DNA of 64,000 nucleotides from a virus (Duplodnaviria; Caudoviricetes): IMG/VR virus record IMGVR_UViG_3300033070_000479, positions 1 to 64,000 of that record; one strand, 5' to 3'. Shown piece by piece: positions 62,965 to 64,000 of this stretch (position 1 is its first letter; each line of letters starts with the position of its first letter). The notes under the pieces were generated by a model. It saw only the letters and a program-made list of their open reading frames with translations, ran no database searches and was not told where the DNA came from. The position numbers and the translations under genes were made by a program.

Positions 62965-63528
62965 ATGTTAGTACTAGGAGTAGACCCGGGCGCTAGCGGC
63001 GGGCTAGCCCTGTTGTCTGTAGTCGACGGGTTAGGATCAGTGCTGTCGGCCACCGACATGCCTTTCATGGGTAAGGGCGCGGACGCCAGGCCTGACGTTA
63101 CAGAGGTCATACGCTGGGCGTCGTCGTTCGGCGGTATACCGAACATCGCCGCAGTAGAGCGTGTACCGTTCGTGCCTGACCTGCCGGGAGGGGCCGGCGG
63201 AGGGTTTGCCGGCAGACAGCGTAAGTACACCGCTATGCGGCAGGAGAGGTACCAGGCCCTGGTGGTCGGTGCGTTATGCGGGGTAGGTATACGGGTCGTT
63301 GAGCCTCTGCCGAAGCAGTGGCAGAAGGACATTGTCAACGTGCCTGCTATAAAGTCAGAGGACAGAGACGCCAAGCGCAAGGCTATCAAGGCGGCTGTCA
63401 TCTCGTGGTGCCGACTGTCATACCCGACACTGAACCTGGTACCTCCGCGGTGCAAGGTTCCGCGTGACGCGTGGGCGGACGCGGTGGCTATCGCGGAATG
63501 GGGGGCTAAACGTGCCAGAGTGGGATGA
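62965..63528 (+). CDS. ruvC: RuvC-like Holliday junction resolvase
   Basis: LGVDPGASGG, AVERV, P.QWQK and ADAVAIA motifs; AAGGAG SD; phage-type homologue. Confidence 0.82.
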   Translation: MLVLGVDPGASGGLALLSVVDGLGSVLSATDMPFMGKGADARPDVTEVIRWASSFGGIPNIAAVERVPFVPDLPGGAGGGFAGRQRKYTAMRQERYQALVVGALCGVGIRVVEPLPKQWQKDIVNVPAIKSEDRDAKRKAIKAAVISWCRLSYPTLNLVPPRCKVPRDAWADAVAIAEWGAKRARVG

Positions 63529-64000
63529 CCTTCGTAAGGAGTTTTTTGACAAGGCCTACGCGCTTAGAGGCCTCGACCAGTTGCGGCTTAAGACGCACCT
63601 GATTAACGGCCAGGAGCTACCGTGGACTCCTGGCGAGCACGAAGGCCCCGACGTTTACGTCAAGGACATCGTTCCGGCCACGACGACGCCTCGGTTCTCT
63701 GGCAACGCAGTTAACGCGTATAAAGACGGCATGATGCTGTACTCGCCCGGCATCCTCCCGGTTACCGGGTATGACCCGGTAAAGCTGTACTGGGGCGAGA
63801 ACGCCATACCGCTGGACGAGCTGCCGTTTTTGCTACCTCTAAAGCGGCGTGCTCTGTTCGGAGTCAAGGAACCGTTTGACCGGGTTCTGTTTGCCGCTCC
63901 GTACCCGAGAGCTCACGACGTAGACAGGGCCTTGTCTCGTACGGCGTACTCGACAGACGGTAAGATATGGAAGGCCGTGCACCAACTTCTGATCATAGAC
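63512..64000 (+). CDS. 3'-truncated hypothetical protein
   Basis: Open from GTG 63512 (MPEWDDLRKEFFDKAY...) to the window edge. Confidence 0.55.
   Translation, partial: MPEWDDLRKEFFDKAYALRGLDQLRLKTHLINGQELPWTPGEHEGPDVYVKDIVPATTTPRFSGNAVNAYKDGMMLYSPGILPVTGYDPVKLYWGENAIPLDELPFLLPLKRRALFGVKEPFDRVLFAAPYPRAHDVDRALSRTAYSTDGKIWKAVHQLLIID

Noticed and set aside
1-64000. CRISPR array, tRNA or rRNA genes
   Set aside because: No regularly spaced repeat-spacer units and no cloverleaf with T-loop/CCA in the few intergenic gaps, by eye; tRNAscan/Infernal were not run.
1-64000. Prophage boundaries, integrase, IS elements, inteins or introns
   Set aside because: No recombinase or transposase motifs and no host genes; TerL, helicase and polymerase motifs are contiguous with normal spacing.
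1-64000. Stop-codon reassignment (alternative genetic code)
   Set aside because: Standard-code ORFs tile the window at high density, with TAA, TAG and TGA all ending coupled genes.

Overview
GC-rich segment of a large contractile-tailed dsDNA phage (myovirus morphology). I saw no host housekeeping genes, integrase, tRNA or CRISPR array. Modules from left to right: (1) neck/tail/baseplate genes at 1-21.2 kb, including sheath, tube, spike, a tail-chaperone pair with a -1 slippery site, a tape-measure gene with an exact 366-bp in-frame tandem duplication, and an embedded sigma-70-family factor; (2) a protein-modification island at 21.2-32.6 kb, comprising a Cys-rich/Thr-linker modular protein, three glycosyltransferases, and an apparently complete phage-encoded ubiquitin-like conjugation operon (Ubl precursor ending KVAG plus a 34-aa extension, E2 with HPH..C fused to Cys-rich zinc fingers, JAB/JAMM protease, minimal E1) followed directly by a MoxR-type AAA+ ATPase and a vWA/metallopeptidase; (3) hypothetical genes with an alternating-strand block containing the terminase large subunit at 32.7-42 kb; (4) an AT-rich non-coding region with repeats, palindromes, a sigma70-like promoter and long hairpins (candidate origin, about 42.0-42.4 kb); (5) replication/recombination genes at 43-64 kb (SbcCD-like, SF2 helicase, DnaB-like helicase, primase, UDG-like-domain/family A polymerase, RecA-like, DEDDh exonuclease, RuvC-like). 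The best candidate for a new system is the Ubl-E2(ZnF)-JAB-E1-AAA-vWA operon. All functional calls come from motif recognition by eye; no database searches were run.
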